DNA of 49,537 nucleotides, from positions 1 through 49,537 of the forward strand of contig JBGPIT010000002.1 of the NCBI GenBank assembly GCA_041485125.1, given 5' to 3'. The stretch comes from Candidatus Binatia bacterium. GTDB taxonomy: Bacteria > Desulfobacterota > Binatia > UTPRO1. This document shows positions 36,986 to 47,647 of this stretch, in pieces. The position numbers and the translations under genes were made by a program. The notes under the pieces are model-generated. The model saw nothing but the letters and a program-made list of their open reading frames with translations, had not been told where the DNA came from and searched no databases. Positions within the stretch are counted from its first letter, which is position 1. Every line of letters begins with the position of its first letter.

Positions 36986-37116
36986 CATTTGAGGGGCAGA
37001 ACATCGCCCGGCCAGCCTCCCGCGCACTGGGGTTTCCTGAACGGTACTGGAGCAGTGGTTTCCGACCCCGGTCGCAACGGCCAGGCTCGTCGGCGACTCG
37101 GCCCGTACGAGAAAAC

Positions 37117-37659
37117 GTGGAAACCGACCAGAAAATATTGCGCATCTGGGAGATCGCCGAGCCGGTCGCGCTCGAAGCGGGCCTGGAGCTCGTCGACATC
37201 GAGCACCGGCGCGAAGGGGGCGGGACCATCCTGCGCCTACTCCTGGACCGTCCAGGCGGCGTCTCGATCGACGATCTCGCGAAGATCAGCCGCGAGATCT
37301 CCGATCTTCTCGACGTCCACGCGGAAGCGGTGCCCGGCACGTACACGCTCGAGGTGTCGTCGCCCGGCATCAATCGTCCGCTCACGCGCCCTGCGCACTT
37401 CGCCGCGCACGTCGGCAAGCGCGTGCACGTTCGAACGCGCACGCCAATCGGCGAGCGGCATTCCTTTCGCGGCACGATCGAGTCGGTGAGCGACGACGGC
37501 ATCGTCGTCGCGACCGGGACGGAACGGCATGAGATTCCGTTCAGCGCGATCGCGCACGCGAATTACCAGCACGAGTTTCCGGCGCCCGGCGGCAAGCGCG
37601 GGCCAGGCCGGCGTGCCGAGAGCCGGCCACGCGGGCGGTCGCGCGCCACACCAGAGTAA
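37117..37659 (+). CDS. rimP: Ribosome maturation factor RimP
   Basis: In-frame GTG 37117 of track ORF 36931..37659: VETDQKILRIWEIAEPVALEAGLELVDIEHRREGGGTILRLLLDRPGGVSIDDLAKISREISDLLD...YTLEVSSPGINRPL. Confidence 0.88.
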   Translation: METDQKILRIWEIAEPVALEAGLELVDIEHRREGGGTILRLLLDRPGGVSIDDLAKISREISDLLDVHAEAVPGTYTLEVSSPGINRPLTRPAHFAAHVGKRVHVRTRTPIGERHSFRGTIESVSDDGIVVATGTERHEIPFSAIAHANYQHEFPAPGGKRGPGRRAESRPRGRSRATPE

Positions 37660-37671
37660 GGAGACGACGCC

Positions 37672-39129
37672 ATGCAACCGGATCTCAATAGAGTGATCGA
37701 GCAGGTCAGCAAAGAGAAGGGCATCGACAAGAGCATCATCATCTCCGCGCTCGAGGACGCCATGCTCTCGGCGGCGCGCCGCACCTTCGGGATGGAGCAC
37801 CAGCTCGAGGCCAAGTTCAACGGCGACATCGGCGAGGTCGAGCTCTTCGAGATCAAGACCGTCGTCGACGAGGTGACGGACCCGGCGAACCACATCACCG
37901 TCGCCGACGCACAGGCGACGCTCGATCCCGAGGCCGCGGTGGGTGACGAGCTGCTCTCGAAGCTCGCCCAGGACAAGTTCGGCCGCATCGCCGCGCAGGC
38001 CGCCAAGCAGAACATCATCCAGCGCGTGCGCGAGGCGGAGCGCGCCATCATCTACAACGAGTTCAAGGACCGGAAGAGCGAGCTGTTCTCCGGCATCGTG
38101 CAGCGCTTCGAGCGCAAGAACATCATCGTCAACCTCGGCCGTACCGACGCGATCCTGCCCGAGAAGGAGCAGATCCCGCGCGAGCGCTACCGGCAGGGCG
38201 ACCGCATCCGCGCCTTCATCCTCGACGTCGAGCTCACCAGCAAGGGTCCGCAGATCGTCCTGTCGCGCACCCACCCGGGCCTGTTGATCAAGCTCTTCGA
38301 GCAGGAGGTGCCGGAGATCTACGAGAACATCGTCGAGGTGAAGGGCGCCGCGCGCGAGCCGGGTGGACGGGCGAAGATCGCGGTCTACTCGCACGACTCC
38401 GACGTCGACCCGGTCGGCGCGTGCGTCGGCATGCGCGGCACGCGCGTGCAGTCGGTCGTGCAGGAGCTCCGCGGCGAGAAGATCGACATCGTGCCGTGGA
38501 CGGCCGACCAGGCGGAGTACGTCTGCCGTGCGCTCTCGCCGGCGAAGGTCTCGAAGATCATCATGGACGAGGACGAGCGGGCGATGGAGGTCATCGTCCC
38601 CGACGATCAGCTGTCACTCGCGATCGGCAAGAAGGGCCAGAACGTCCGTCTGGCCTCACGCCTCACCGGCTGGCGGCTCGACGTCCGCGGCGAGTCGGAG
38701 GCGGAGGACGAGGCCCGGAACGCGCGCGCCTCGCTCATGTCGGTGCCGGGAATCGGCGACGTCACTGCCGAGCTGCTCTACCAGGATGGCTTCAAGTCGG
38801 CGGAGGAGCTCGCCGCCACCGACGCCGAGCGCGTGGCGCAGGTCGACGGCGTGAGCGCCGAGAAGGCCGCCACCATCATCAAGTCGGCGCAAGAGCACAT
38901 CGAGCACAAGCGCATCGAAGCGGAGGCACGCGCCGTCGAGGAAGCGGCCGCGGCCGAAGTCGCCGCTGCCGAAGCCGCGGCCGCGGCCGAAGTCGCCGCT
39001 GCCGAAGCCGCGGCCGCGGCCGAAGTCGCCGCCGCCGAAGCCGCGGCCGCCGCTGCCAACCCGCCACCGACGGAGGCGGAGGCGGCGGAGCTCGAGGCCG
39101 GTGCCGCCGAGGGCGACGAGAACGCATGA
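37672..39129 (+). CDS. nusA: Transcription termination/antitermination factor NusA
   Basis: 485 aa with an N-terminal domain, S1, two KH domains (IVPDDQLSLAIGKKGQNVRLASRLTG) and an HhH region. It ends in an Ala/Glu-rich repetitive tail. Confidence 0.95.
   Translation: MQPDLNRVIEQVSKEKGIDKSIIISALEDAMLSAARRTFGMEHQLEAKFNGDIGEVELFEIKTVVDEVTDPANHITVADAQATLDPEAAVGDELLSKLAQDKFGRIAAQAAKQNIIQRVREAERAIIYNEFKDRKSELFSGIVQRFERKNIIVNLGRTDAILPEKEQIPRERYRQGDRIRAFILDVELTSKGPQIVLSRTHPGLLIKLFEQEVPEIYENIVEVKGAAREPGGRAKIAVYSHDSDVDPVGACVGMRGTRVQSVVQELRGEKIDIVPWTADQAEYVCRALSPAKVSKIIMDEDERAMEVIVPDDQLSLAIGKKGQNVRLASRLTGWRLDVRGESEAEDEARNARASLMSVPGIGDVTAELLYQDGFKSAEELAATDAERVAQVDGVSAEKAATIIKSAQEHIEHKRIEAEARAVEEAAAAEVAAAEAAAAAEVAAAEAAAAAEVAAAEAAAAAANPPPTEAEAAELEAGAAEGDENA
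38950..39048 (+). repeat. 3 x 33 bp perfect/near-perfect in-frame tandem repeat inside the nusA 3' end
   Basis: The unit GCGGCCGAAGTCGCCGCTGCCGAAGCCGCGGCC occurs at 38950-38982 and 38983-39015 (identical). The third copy, 39016-39048, has a single T>C change at 39033 (synonymous, Ala). Each unit encodes AAEVAAAEAAA. Confidence 0.9.
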
Positions 39130-39431
39130 CACGAGGACGACGCACGCTCCCGCGCGTCGCCGGCGCGCGGCGCACCGAGCCGATCCGGACCTGCGTCGGC
39201 TGTCGCCGCCGCGACCGCCGCGCGACGCTCACCCGCGTCGCGGTGCGAAATGGCGTGCTCGCGATCGATCCCGCCAAGCGCGCGCCCGGTCGCGGCGCGT
39301 ATCTTCACGACGCGCGCGCGTGTCTCGAGGCTTTCGCGCGGCGAGGCGGGTTTGTACGGTCGTTACGTTGCGTGATAGCTAAGGACCAGCGCGAAGCGCT
39401 CGTCGCGCGCCTTCCGGAGGTGCAGGGTTGA
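39126..39431 (+). CDS. ylxR: YlxR/RnpM family (DUF448) RNA-binding protein
   Basis: ATG 39126 makes an ATGA overlap with the nusA stop: ...[23 protein letters not shown]...[14 protein letters not shown]. It holds the conserved slot between nusA and infB. Confidence 0.82.
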   Translation: MTRGRRTLPRVAGARRTEPIRTCVGCRRRDRRATLTRVAVRNGVLAIDPAKRAPGRGAYLHDARACLEAFARRGGFVRSLRCVIAKDQREALVARLPEVQG

Positions 39432-42214
39432 TCGTCAAAAAACGCATCCATGAGCTCGCCAAAGACTGGGACGTCCCCACCAAGGACGTGCTCAGCAAGC
39501 TCGAGCGGCTCGGGGTCCGCAACAAAAAGTCGCAAAGCTCGCTCAGCGACGAGCAAATCGCCCAGGTGCGCGCCGCCCTCGGACTGCGCGACAAAGCGAC
39601 GGTGACGATCGGGACCGAGCGCGTCGTCGCCGAGCGCGTCGTCACCGAGAAGGACGCCGCCGAAGAGCAGATGGTGACCTCGCGCGAGCAGGTAGTAGAG
39701 AACCGCGTGCGCGCCAACGTCATCCGCCGCCGCACCACCCGCGTCGAGGTATTGAAGCGCGAGGAAATCCTGCTACCGGAAGCCTCCGACACGATGCCGG
39801 GGTTGGCGCCGGCGTCGTTGCCGTCGATCGAGCCGAGCGACTTCGATTTCACGCCGCCGGCGCACGTATCGATGGACGACGACGAGAGTCGCGAGCGCGA
39901 GCCGGAGCCCACGCCGGTCGAGGCCGCGTCGGCCGAGCACGCGTCGACGCAAGAGCCGCACGAGCCGGATATCTTCGAGAAGGCGGCACCGGCCGCCCCG
40001 CAGATGGAGGCGTCACCGCCGTCGGTCGCGGCCACGAGCCATTCCGGCGTCCGCCAAATGGACGCTCCCCAGAGCGTCCGCGTCCTCGGCCGCATCGATC
40101 TCAAGAAAGCCGCACCGCCGCCGCCGCCGCCGCCCGCGGCCCGGCGCACGGACGGCGCCGAGCGTCCGGGTGGCGTGGCGCGCCCGCGGCCCGGTGGGGT
40201 CGTCGCGCCGGCGAGCCCCGACGCCGCACCGAAGCCCAAAGAGAACGAGTTCAGCAAGAAGAAGAAGCGCAAGGTCATCAAGAAGTCCGACATGCCGGAC
40301 TCGCTCGACCGCGACCGGCGTCCTGGGAAGCTGCGGCGGAAGAAGCGCGCGCTTCCCGGCAAAGAGCAGCATCGCACCGAGATCACCCCGCCCAAGGCGA
40401 GCAAGCGCGTCGTCAAGATCTCCGAGGCGATCACCGTCGGCGATCTCGCCCGCGCCATCGGCGTCAAGTTCGGCGAGGTCATCAAGAAGCTCATGGACAT
40501 GGGCATGATGGCGACGGTGAACCAGGTCCTCGACCTCGACACCGCGACGCTGGTCGCGGCGGAGTTCGAGTACAGCGTCGAGAACGTCGCGCTCAACGTC
40601 GAGTCGATCCTCGAGGCCACGCCGGCCGAGGACGTCGACGACGGCGAGCGCGAGCCGCGTCCGCCCGTCGTCACCATCATGGGCCACGTCGACCACGGCA
40701 AGACCTCGCTGCTCGACGCCATCCGCTCGGCGAACGTCACCGCCGGGGAGGCGGGCGGCATCACCCAGCACATCGGCGCCTACGCCGTCGACGTCGACGG
40801 CCGGCGCGTGACCTTCCTCGATACGCCGGGCCACGAAGCGTTCACCGCGATGCGCGCCCGCGGTGCCAAGGTGACCGACCTCGTCGTCCTGGTCGTCGCC
40901 GCCGACGACGGCATCATGCCGCAGACGCAGGAGGCGATCGATCACGCCCGCGCGGCCGAGGTGCCGATCATCGTCGCCGTCAACAAGATCGACAAGCCCG
41001 AAGCCGACCTCGAGCGCGTGACGCGCGAGCTCGGCAATCACGGTCTCGCGCCCGAGGCATGGGGCGGCGACACGATCGTCGTGCCGGTCTCGGCAAAGAC
41101 GAAAGAGGGTATCCCGCAGCTCCTCGAGATGCTGCTCCTGCAGGCCGACGTCCTCGAGCTCACCGCCAGCACCACCCGGCGCGCGCGCGGTACCATCATC
41201 GAGGCGAAGCTCGACCGTGGTCGCGGCCCGGTCGCGACCGTCCTGGTGCAGGAAGGCACGCTCAAGGTCGGCGACGCGTTCGTCTGCGGTCTCGAGTACG
41301 GCAAGATCCGAGCGATGATCGACGATCGCGGTCGCAAGATCGCCGAGAGCGGTCCGTCGACGCCGGTCGAGATCCTCGGCCTGACGGGCGTGCCCGCCGC
41401 GGGCGATACGTTCATCGCGGTCGCCGACGAGGCCAAGGCGCGCCAAGTCGCCGAGCATCGCCGCGCCAAGCAGCGCGAGACCGAGCTCGCGACCACCAGC
41501 AAGGTGTCGTTGGAGGAGCTCTACTCGCAGATCCAAGCCGGCGGCATGAAGGAGCTGAAGCTCGTCCTCAAGGGCGACGTGCAGGGCTCCGTCGAGGCGA
41601 TCCGCGACGCGCTCATGCGCCTCAACAGCGACGAGGTCAAGCTCACGGTCATCCACTCCTCGGTCGGCGGCATCAACGAGTCCGATGTGCTGCTCGCCGC
41701 CGCGTCGAACGCGATCGTCATCGGCTTCAACGTCCGTCCCGAATCGAAGGCCTCCGAGCTGGCCGGGCGCGAAGGCGTCGACGTGCGCCTCTACAACATC
41801 ATCTACGAGGTGATCAGCGACGTCCGCGACGCGCTCGAGGGCATGCTCGAGCCGACGCTGCGTGAGCGTGTCGTCGGCAAGGCCGAGGTCCGGCAGGTCT
41901 TCACGATCCCGAGCGCCGGCCGCGTCGCCGGCTCCTTCGTCACCGACGGGAAGATCACCCGCGGCGCGCGCGCGCGCTTGGTGCGCGACCACGTCGTGGT
42001 GCACGAGGGCAAGATCGGCACCCTGCGGCGCTTCAAAGAGGACGCGCGCGAGGTGCTGGCCGGCTACGAGTGCGGTCTCACGCTCGAAGGTTTCCAGGAC
42101 GTGAAGGAAGGCGACGCCGTCGAGGTCTTCGAGATGGAAGAGGTCGCGCGCCGGCTCGCTCCGGCGGCACACCCCGGCGCGGGCGGCCAGGCACAAGTCG
42201 AGCGCCGCGCCTGA
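39428..42214 (+). CDS. infB: Translation initiation factor IF-2
   Basis: 928 aa with a TTG start overlapping the ylxR stop. The N-terminus is [27 protein letters not shown]. It has a Pro/Lys-rich linker and a GTPase domain [17 protein letters not shown]...DTPGHEAF...NKID. Confidence 0.95.
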   Translation: MIVKKRIHELAKDWDVPTKDVLSKLERLGVRNKKSQSSLSDEQIAQVRAALGLRDKATVTIGTERVVAERVVTEKDAAEEQMVTSREQVVENRVRANVIRRRTTRVEVLKREEILLPEASDTMPGLAPASLPSIEPSDFDFTPPAHVSMDDDESREREPEPTPVEAASAEHASTQEPHEPDIFEKAAPAAPQMEASPPSVAATSHSGVRQMDAPQSVRVLGRIDLKKAAPPPPPPPAARRTDGAERPGGVARPRPGGVVAPASPDAAPKPKENEFSKKKKRKVIKKSDMPDSLDRDRRPGKLRRKKRALPGKEQHRTEITPPKASKRVVKISEAITVGDLARAIGVKFGEVIKKLMDMGMMATVNQVLDLDTATLVAAEFEYSVENVALNVESILEATPAEDVDDGEREPRPPVVTIMGHVDHGKTSLLDAIRSANVTAGEAGGITQHIGAYAVDVDGRRVTFLDTPGHEAFTAMRARGAKVTDLVVLVVAADDGIMPQTQEAIDHARAAEVPIIVAVNKIDKPEADLERVTRELGNHGLAPEAWGGDTIVVPVSAKTKEGIPQLLEMLLLQADVLELTASTTRRARGTIIEAKLDRGRGPVATVLVQEGTLKVGDAFVCGLEYGKIRAMIDDRGRKIAESGPSTPVEILGLTGVPAAGDTFIAVADEAKARQVAEHRRAKQRETELATTSKVSLEELYSQIQAGGMKELKLVLKGDVQGSVEAIRDALMRLNSDEVKLTVIHSSVGGINESDVLLAAASNAIVIGFNVRPESKASELAGREGVDVRLYNIIYEVISDVRDALEGMLEPTLRERVVGKAEVRQVFTIPSAGRVAGSFVTDGKITRGARARLVRDHVVVHEGKIGTLRRFKEDAREVLAGYECGLTLEGFQDVKEGDAVEVFEMEEVARRLAPAAHPGAGGQAQVERRA

Positions 42215-42235
42215 GCTCTGCCGGAGGACCGCGCC

Positions 42236-42523
42236 GTGACCGTCGGCGTGCTGCGCCTCACGCTCTTCATTCCGGAGAACCACTCGCTCAAGGGCAAGCG
42301 GAGCGTGCTCAGGCGCATAAAGGCCCGCGTCGGCGAGAAGTTCAACGTCTCGATCGCCGAGTGCGAGGACCACGACATGTGGCAGCGTGCGACGCTCGGC
42401 ATCTGCCAGGTCGGTACCGATCAACCCTTCGTCGACGGCGCCCTGCGTGAGGTCGTGCGCTTCATCGACGACATGCAGATCGTCGAGCTCGGCGAAGAGC
42501 AGCTCGAGTTTCTCCACTACTGA
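42236..42523 (+). CDS. DUF503 family protein (YlxP-like)
   Basis: 95 aa with a GTG start and GGAGGA 8 nt upstream: MTVGVLRLTLFIPENHSLKGKRSVLRRIKARVGEKFNVSIAECEDHDMWQRATLG. It holds the conserved slot between infB and rbfA. Confidence 0.8.
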   Translation: MTVGVLRLTLFIPENHSLKGKRSVLRRIKARVGEKFNVSIAECEDHDMWQRATLGICQVGTDQPFVDGALREVVRFIDDMQIVELGEEQLEFLHY

Positions 42524-42888
42524 TGGCGGGACGTCGCCCCAATCGCGTCGGATCGCTGCTGCAGGCGACCTTGTCGGAGCTGCTGCTGCGCGACATCAAG
42601 GATCCCCGCGTCGGCATGGTGACGATCACCGGCGTCGATCTCTCGCCCGATCTGAAGCACGCCCGCGTCTTCGTCTCGATCCTCGGCGACGCCGAGACCC
42701 AGCAGCGCATGCTCGCGGGCCTCGCGAGCGCGCGTCCGTATCTGCAGTCGCAGGCCGGCAAGCGCTTGAAGCTCCGCTTCACGCCCGAGCTCCGTTTCGA
42801 GGTCGACCCCTCGATCGCGACGGGCGACCGCATCGATCGGCTGCTGCGCGGGCTGCACGCGGGCGACGAGCACGATGACGAGTCGTGA
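42523..42888 (+). CDS. rbfA: Ribosome-binding factor A
   Basis: 121 aa: RPNRVGSLLQATLSELLLRDIKDPRVGMVTITGVDLSPDLKHARVFVS. Confidence 0.9.
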   Translation: MAGRRPNRVGSLLQATLSELLLRDIKDPRVGMVTITGVDLSPDLKHARVFVSILGDAETQQRMLAGLASARPYLQSQAGKRLKLRFTPELRFEVDPSIATGDRIDRLLRGLHAGDEHDDES

Positions 42889-43786
42889 GGCGCGGCCGCC
42901 GCTCGACGGCATCCTGCTCGTCGACAAGCCGGAGGGATCGACGTCGGCGCAGGTCGTGGCGCGGGTGAAGCGCGCGCTCGGCCAGCGCAAGGTCGGCCAT
43001 CTCGGCACGCTCGATCCGTTCGCGACCGGGCTGTTGCCGATCTGCATCGGCGAGGGCACCAAGCTCGCGCAGTTTCTCGCCGCCGCCGACAAACGCTACG
43101 TCGGCGAGATCGTCCTCGGCCGCGCAACCGACACCCTCGACCGCACCGGCACCGTCGTCGAGGAGCGGCCTGTGCCGCGGCTCACGCCGGCCGTCCTCGC
43201 ACGGGCGGCGGCGACCTTTCGCGGCGAGATCCTCCAAACGCCGCCGATGTACTCGGCGCTGAAGCGCGGCGGCGTGCCGCTCTACCGCCTGGCGCGCGCC
43301 GGCGAAGAGGTTCCGCGCGAGCCGCGCCGCATCTCGCTGATGGCGTTCGATCTGGCGCAGCTCGCAAGCGACCGCTTGGCGTTCGCCGTGCACTGCTCGA
43401 AGGGGACGTACGTGCGTGTGCTCGCCCACGACCTCGGTCTCGCGCTCGGGACGGTCGCGCATCTCGCCTCGCTGCGGCGCACCACCTTCGGCACGTTCGA
43501 CGTACGGGCGGCGCTGCCGCTCGAGCGTCTCGCCGACACGCCGGCCGCCGCGCTGCCGCTGGTGGCGCCCTCGGCGGCGCTCGCCGCGTATCGTTCGGTC
43601 GTCGCCGACGAGGCGATGATCAGCGCGCTCCGCCAAGGGCGGCAGCAGGCGCTCGCCGCGCTCGGGCGGCCGCGTGCCGACGCCGAGGTGGTGCGAATCG
43701 AGAGCGCCGACGGCGCGCTCGTCGCGGTCGCGGCGGCGGCCACGCCGCTCGGAACGTGGCGTCTGGCGCGTGTGATCGCGCACTGA
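42875..43786 (+). CDS. truB: tRNA pseudouridine(55) synthase
   Basis: 303 aa: [54 protein letters not shown] (catalytic Asp in GTLDP). Confidence 0.92.
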   Translation: MTSREARPPLDGILLVDKPEGSTSAQVVARVKRALGQRKVGHLGTLDPFATGLLPICIGEGTKLAQFLAAADKRYVGEIVLGRATDTLDRTGTVVEERPVPRLTPAVLARAAATFRGEILQTPPMYSALKRGGVPLYRLARAGEEVPREPRRISLMAFDLAQLASDRLAFAVHCSKGTYVRVLAHDLGLALGTVAHLASLRRTTFGTFDVRAALPLERLADTPAAALPLVAPSAALAAYRSVVADEAMISALRQGRQQALAALGRPRADAEVVRIESADGALVAVAAAATPLGTWRLARVIAH

Positions 43787-43801
43787 GCGGCCCCCGGCGA
43801 C

Positions 43802-43830
43802 TTTACAACTTGCCACCCGCGTGTTAGTGC
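43802..43830 (+). promoter_or_regulatory. Possible sigma-70-type promoter for rpsO
   Basis: TTTACA (43802-43807), a 17 nt spacer ending in TGT, then TAGTGC (43825-43830). The -35 element is good and the -10 is weak. It lies 21 nt upstream of the rpsO ATG. Confidence 0.25.
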
Positions 43831-43850
43831 TCCGCGTCGACGAGAAGGAT

Positions 43851-44132
43851 ATGGGAGAAGGAACGAGCGGCGCGCAGGCGCATACGCAGGAGTTGATCCA
43901 GACCTACCGCAGGCACGAGTCCGATACCGGCTCGCCCGAGGTCCAGATCGCGCTGCTCAGTGATCGCATCGTGTATCTCACCGAGCACTTCAAGACGCAT
44001 GCGAAGGATCATCATTCGCGGCGGGGTCTCTTGAAGCTGGTCGGTCAACGCCGTCGCTTGCTCGACTACCTCAAGCGGACCGACGTGGAATCCTACAAGT
44101 CGGTCATCGAGCGCCTCGGCATCCGCAAGTAG
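43851..44132 (+). CDS. rpsO: 30S ribosomal protein S15
   Basis: From ATG 43851: ...[55 protein letters not shown]. Confidence 0.93.
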   Translation: MGEGTSGAQAHTQELIQTYRRHESDTGSPEVQIALLSDRIVYLTEHFKTHAKDHHSRRGLLKLVGQRRRLLDYLKRTDVESYKSVIERLGIRK

Positions 44133-44153
44133 CTGCAGCACCTTCCCAACCCA

Positions 44154-44211
44154 TCTCCCCCTCGCCACCGACACCATTGACGTAGGACACCTCGCATTGG
44201 CGGGGAGGGGA
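44154..44211 (+). promoter_or_regulatory. rpsO-pnp intergenic stem-loop that sequesters the pnp Shine-Dalgarno sequence
   Basis: Arm 44154-44166 (TCTCCCCCTCGCC) pairs with arm 44199-44211 (GGCGGGGAGGGGA). That gives 12 pairs (two of them G-U) and one C/A mismatch, with a 32 nt loop. The 3' arm contains GGAGG (44204-44208), 9 nt before the pnp ATG at 44218. Confidence 0.5.
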
Positions 44212-44217
44212 GCACAC

Positions 44218-46311
44218 ATGAAACGAGTCGAGACAGATTTTCACGGCCGCCGCCTTTCGATCGAGGTCGGCCGCCTCGCCAAGCAGGCGAACGGATCGGC
44301 GCTGGTCCAATACGGCGACACCGTCGTCCTGGTGACCGCGGTCGCCGCACGCGAGGCGCGGGAAGCGCAGGACTTCTTCCCGCTCACGGTCGACTACCAG
44401 GAGAAGACCTTCGCCGCGGGCAAGATCCCGGGCGGCTTCTTCAAGCGTGAAGGGCGTCCGTCGGAGAAGGAGATCCTCACCTCTCGTCTGATCGACCGGC
44501 CCCTGCGACCGCTCTTTCCGGATGGGTTTCGCTGCGAGACCCAGGTGATCGCGACCGTGCTTTCGCACGACAAAGAGAACGATCCGGACATGCTGGCGAT
44601 GATCGGCGCGTCGACCGCGCTCGAGATCTCCGACATTCCGTTCAGCGGGCCGATCGCCGGCATACGGGTGGGCCGCGTCGACGGCAAGCTGGTGATGAAT
44701 CCGCTCATGTCGCAGCTGCCGCAGAGCGGCTTGCAGCTGATCATCGCCGGCTCGCGCGACGCGATCGTCATGGTCGAAGGCGGCGCCCGCATCCTTTCCG
44801 AAGATGAGATCCTCGACGCGCTCTTCACCGGTCACCGCGAGCTCCAGCCGATCCTCGACATGCAGGCGGAGCTCCGCACCGCCGTTGGCAAGCCGAAGCG
44901 TACCGTGACGCCGCCGATCGCCGACGCCGCGCTCGCCGCAGCGGTGCAGAAACTCGGCGCCGACCGTGTGCGCGAGGCGCTGTCGCGCACCGGCAAGCAC
45001 GTCCGCAACGACGCGCTCTACGAGGTGCGGGCGGAGATCGTGAAGGCGCTCGCCGCCGATTTCCCCGACCGTGAGCGCGAGATCAAGCATGCGTTCGAAG
45101 AGCTCCTCTCCGCGCACGTACGCGAGGTAATCGTGAAGGAGAAGCGCCGTATCGACGGTCGCAGCCTCACCGACGTCCGCCCGATCACGTGCGAAATCTC
45201 CGTGCTGCCGCGTACGCACGGCTCGGCGGTATTCACACGCGGCGAGACCCAAGCGTTGGTGGTCGCGACGCTCGGGACGTCGTCCGACGAGCAGAAGATC
45301 GATGCGCTCGTCGGCGAGACCTACAAGAAGTTCATGTTGCACTACAATTTCCCGCCCTTCAGCGTCGGCGAGGCAAAGTTCCTGCGCGGTCCGGGCCGGC
45401 GGGAGATCGGCCACGGCGCGCTCGCCGAGCGGGCCATCTCGGCCGTGCTCCCCGACGAGAGCGAGTTTCCGTACACCATCCGCGTCGTCTCGGAGATCCT
45501 CGAGTCGAACGGATCGTCGTCCATGGCCTCGGTCTGCGGCAGCTCGCTGGCCTTGATGGACGCAGGCGTCCCGATCAAGGGCCATGTCGCCGGCATCGCG
45601 ATGGGTCTGATCCGCGAGGGCAACGACATCCGCGTGCTCTCCGACATCCTCGGCGACGAGGACCACCTCGGCGACATGGACTTCAAGGTCGCGGGCACCG
45701 CCGAGGGCATCAGCGCGGTCCAGATGGACATCAAGATCGGCGGCGTCACCCGCGAGATCATGCGCGACGCGCTCTACCAGGCGCGCGAGGGCCGCCTGAA
45801 GATCCTCGCGAAGATGCAGGAGGCGATCGCTACGCCGCGCTCCGGCGTCTCGGCGCACGCACCACGCATCACCACGCTCAAGATCAAGGTCGACCGCATC
45901 CGCGACGTGATCGGACCCGGCGGCAAGGTGATCCGCGGGATCATCGAGCAAACCGGGGTCAAGATCGACGTCGAGGACGACGGGACCATCTACATCGCGT
46001 CTGCCGACGGCGCGGCGATGGAGAAGGCGGTCGACTGGATTCACCGTCTCACCGCCGAGGCCGAGATCGGGAAGATCTACAAGGGGATCGTCAAGAAGGT
46101 GATGGACTTCGGCGCCTTCGTCGAGATCCTCCCCGGCACCGACGGCTTGGTGCACATCTCGCAGCTCGCGCGCGAGCGCGTGCAGCACGTGCGCGACGTC
46201 GTCAACGAGGGTGACGAGGTGATGGTGAAGGTCCTCGAGGTCGACAAGACCGGCAAGATCCGGCTGTCGCGGAAGGAAGCGCTCGACAAAGAGGCCGGCG
46301 CTGCCGGCTGA
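44218..46311 (+). CDS. pnp: Polyribonucleotide nucleotidyltransferase (PNPase)
   Basis: From ATG 44218: [38 protein letters not shown]... It has two RNase PH domains, a KH domain and an S1 domain ([34 protein letters not shown]). Confidence 0.95.
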   Translation: MKRVETDFHGRRLSIEVGRLAKQANGSALVQYGDTVVLVTAVAAREAREAQDFFPLTVDYQEKTFAAGKIPGGFFKREGRPSEKEILTSRLIDRPLRPLFPDGFRCETQVIATVLSHDKENDPDMLAMIGASTALEISDIPFSGPIAGIRVGRVDGKLVMNPLMSQLPQSGLQLIIAGSRDAIVMVEGGARILSEDEILDALFTGHRELQPILDMQAELRTAVGKPKRTVTPPIADAALAAAVQKLGADRVREALSRTGKHVRNDALYEVRAEIVKALAADFPDREREIKHAFEELLSAHVREVIVKEKRRIDGRSLTDVRPITCEISVLPRTHGSAVFTRGETQALVVATLGTSSDEQKIDALVGETYKKFMLHYNFPPFSVGEAKFLRGPGRREIGHGALAERAISAVLPDESEFPYTIRVVSEILESNGSSSMASVCGSSLALMDAGVPIKGHVAGIAMGLIREGNDIRVLSDILGDEDHLGDMDFKVAGTAEGISAVQMDIKIGGVTREIMRDALYQAREGRLKILAKMQEAIATPRSGVSAHAPRITTLKIKVDRIRDVIGPGGKVIRGIIEQTGVKIDVEDDGTIYIASADGAAMEKAVDWIHRLTAEAEIGKIYKGIVKKVMDFGAFVEILPGTDGLVHISQLARERVQHVRDVVNEGDEVMVKVLEVDKTGKIRLSRKEALDKEAGAAG

Positions 46312-46327
46312 GCCGCGCAGCGCGCGC

Positions 46328-47647
46328 ATGACGGCGGACGTCGAGGGTAGCCGCCGGGCGATCGGCGCGGGCTCCGCGCCGATCGCAAAGACGGTGCTGC
46401 CCAACGGGCTCCGCATCGTCTCGGAACGCATCGAGGGGCTCGCGTCAGTCGCGATCGGCGTCTGGGTCGAGAATGGCTCACGCTACGAGGAGCCGGCGCG
46501 AAACGGCGTCTCGCACTTCCTCGAGCATCTCTTCTTCAAAGGCACCGCCCGCCGCACGGCGGCGCAGATCTCGGAGGAGATCGACGCCGTCGGCGGCGTG
46601 CTCAACGCCGACACCGACCGCGAGCATACCTGCTACTACGCTAAGGTGCTCGGCGATGACGTCGGGCTCGCCATCGATCTGCTGAGCGACATCTTCCTCG
46701 CCTCGCGCCTCGACGCCGAGGAGATCGCGCGCGAGAAGACGGTCGTCCTCGAGGAGATCGCCGAGATCGAGGACACCCCCGACGACTACATCCACGATCT
46801 CTTCCATCTCGCTTACTGGCCCGACCACGCGCTCGGCCTGCCGGTCTGCGGCACGCCGCCGACCGTCGAGGCCTTCGACCGCGAGGCCTGCCTGCGGCTC
46901 ATCGCCGAACGGTACCGGCCGAACCGCATCGTCGTCGCCGCGGCCGGCGACATCCGCCACGACGATCTCGTCGCGGAGGTGGCACGTCACTTCGGCGGAC
47001 TGACGGGAACCGCGCCCATCACCAACGGCCCGGCGCCCGTCACCCGGAGCGGCGTCGAGCTGCACCATCGGCGGCTCGCGCAGGTCCAGCTCCATCTCGC
47101 GACCGGAGGCGTCAGCGCCAACGATCCGGCGCGCGTCGCCGCCGCGGTGCTGAACGCGACGCTCGGCGACAGCCCGAGCTCACGGCTCTTCCAGGAGGTC
47201 CGCGAAAACCGCGGCCTCGCGTACTCGATCGACTCCTTTCTCTGCTCCTACCGCGACACCGGCTATCTCGGCATCGCGGCCGGCACGCGCGCCGCCTGGG
47301 TACCCGAGGTGGTCGCGGCGATCGTCACCGAGCTGCGACGGCTGCGCCGCGAAGGCGTCACGCCAGCCGAGCTCGCACGCGCCAAGGGCAAGCTCAAGGG
47401 TAGCATCCTGCTCGGCCTCGACGGCTGCGAGCAGCGCATGGAGCGTCTCGCGTTCGACGAGATGTACCACGGTCGCGACGTACCGCTCGACGAGATCGCG
47501 GCGCGCATCGACGCGGTCGGCAACGACGACGTCGTCGCCCTCGCCGAGCGTCTCTTCGTGCCCGAGCGCTGCGGCCTGGTCCTCCTCGGCAACATGCGCA
47601 CGCAGCCCGTCGACACCGGCGTCTTCGCGGACCTCGACCGGCCATGA
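46328..47647 (+). CDS. M16 family zinc peptidase (insulinase-like)
   Basis: 439 aa with the inverted zinc motif GVSHFLEHLFFKGT (HxxEH) and a downstream Glu region. It holds the conserved position after pnp. Confidence 0.85.
   Translation: MTADVEGSRRAIGAGSAPIAKTVLPNGLRIVSERIEGLASVAIGVWVENGSRYEEPARNGVSHFLEHLFFKGTARRTAAQISEEIDAVGGVLNADTDREHTCYYAKVLGDDVGLAIDLLSDIFLASRLDAEEIAREKTVVLEEIAEIEDTPDDYIHDLFHLAYWPDHALGLPVCGTPPTVEAFDREACLRLIAERYRPNRIVVAAAGDIRHDDLVAEVARHFGGLTGTAPITNGPAPVTRSGVELHHRRLAQVQLHLATGGVSANDPARVAAAVLNATLGDSPSSRLFQEVRENRGLAYSIDSFLCSYRDTGYLGIAAGTRAAWVPEVVAAIVTELRRLRREGVTPAELARAKGKLKGSILLGLDGCEQRMERLAFDEMYHGRDVPLDEIAARIDAVGNDDVVALAERLFVPERCGLVLLGNMRTQPVDTGVFADLDRP

Noticed and set aside
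36796-37116. Possible initiator tRNA upstream of rimP (as metY in E. coli), or a small ORF (track ORFs 36931.. and 36965..)
   Set aside because: I could find no cloverleaf or T-loop (GTTCRANYC-like) sequence. The track ORFs here are just 5' extensions of the rimP frame or Arg-rich shadow frames.
40013-42517. 834 aa minus-strand ORF
   Set aside because: It is antisense to infB (GTPase motifs on the plus strand). This is a shadow frame.
44104-46431. 775 aa minus-strand ORF
   Set aside because: It is antisense to pnp. This is a shadow frame.
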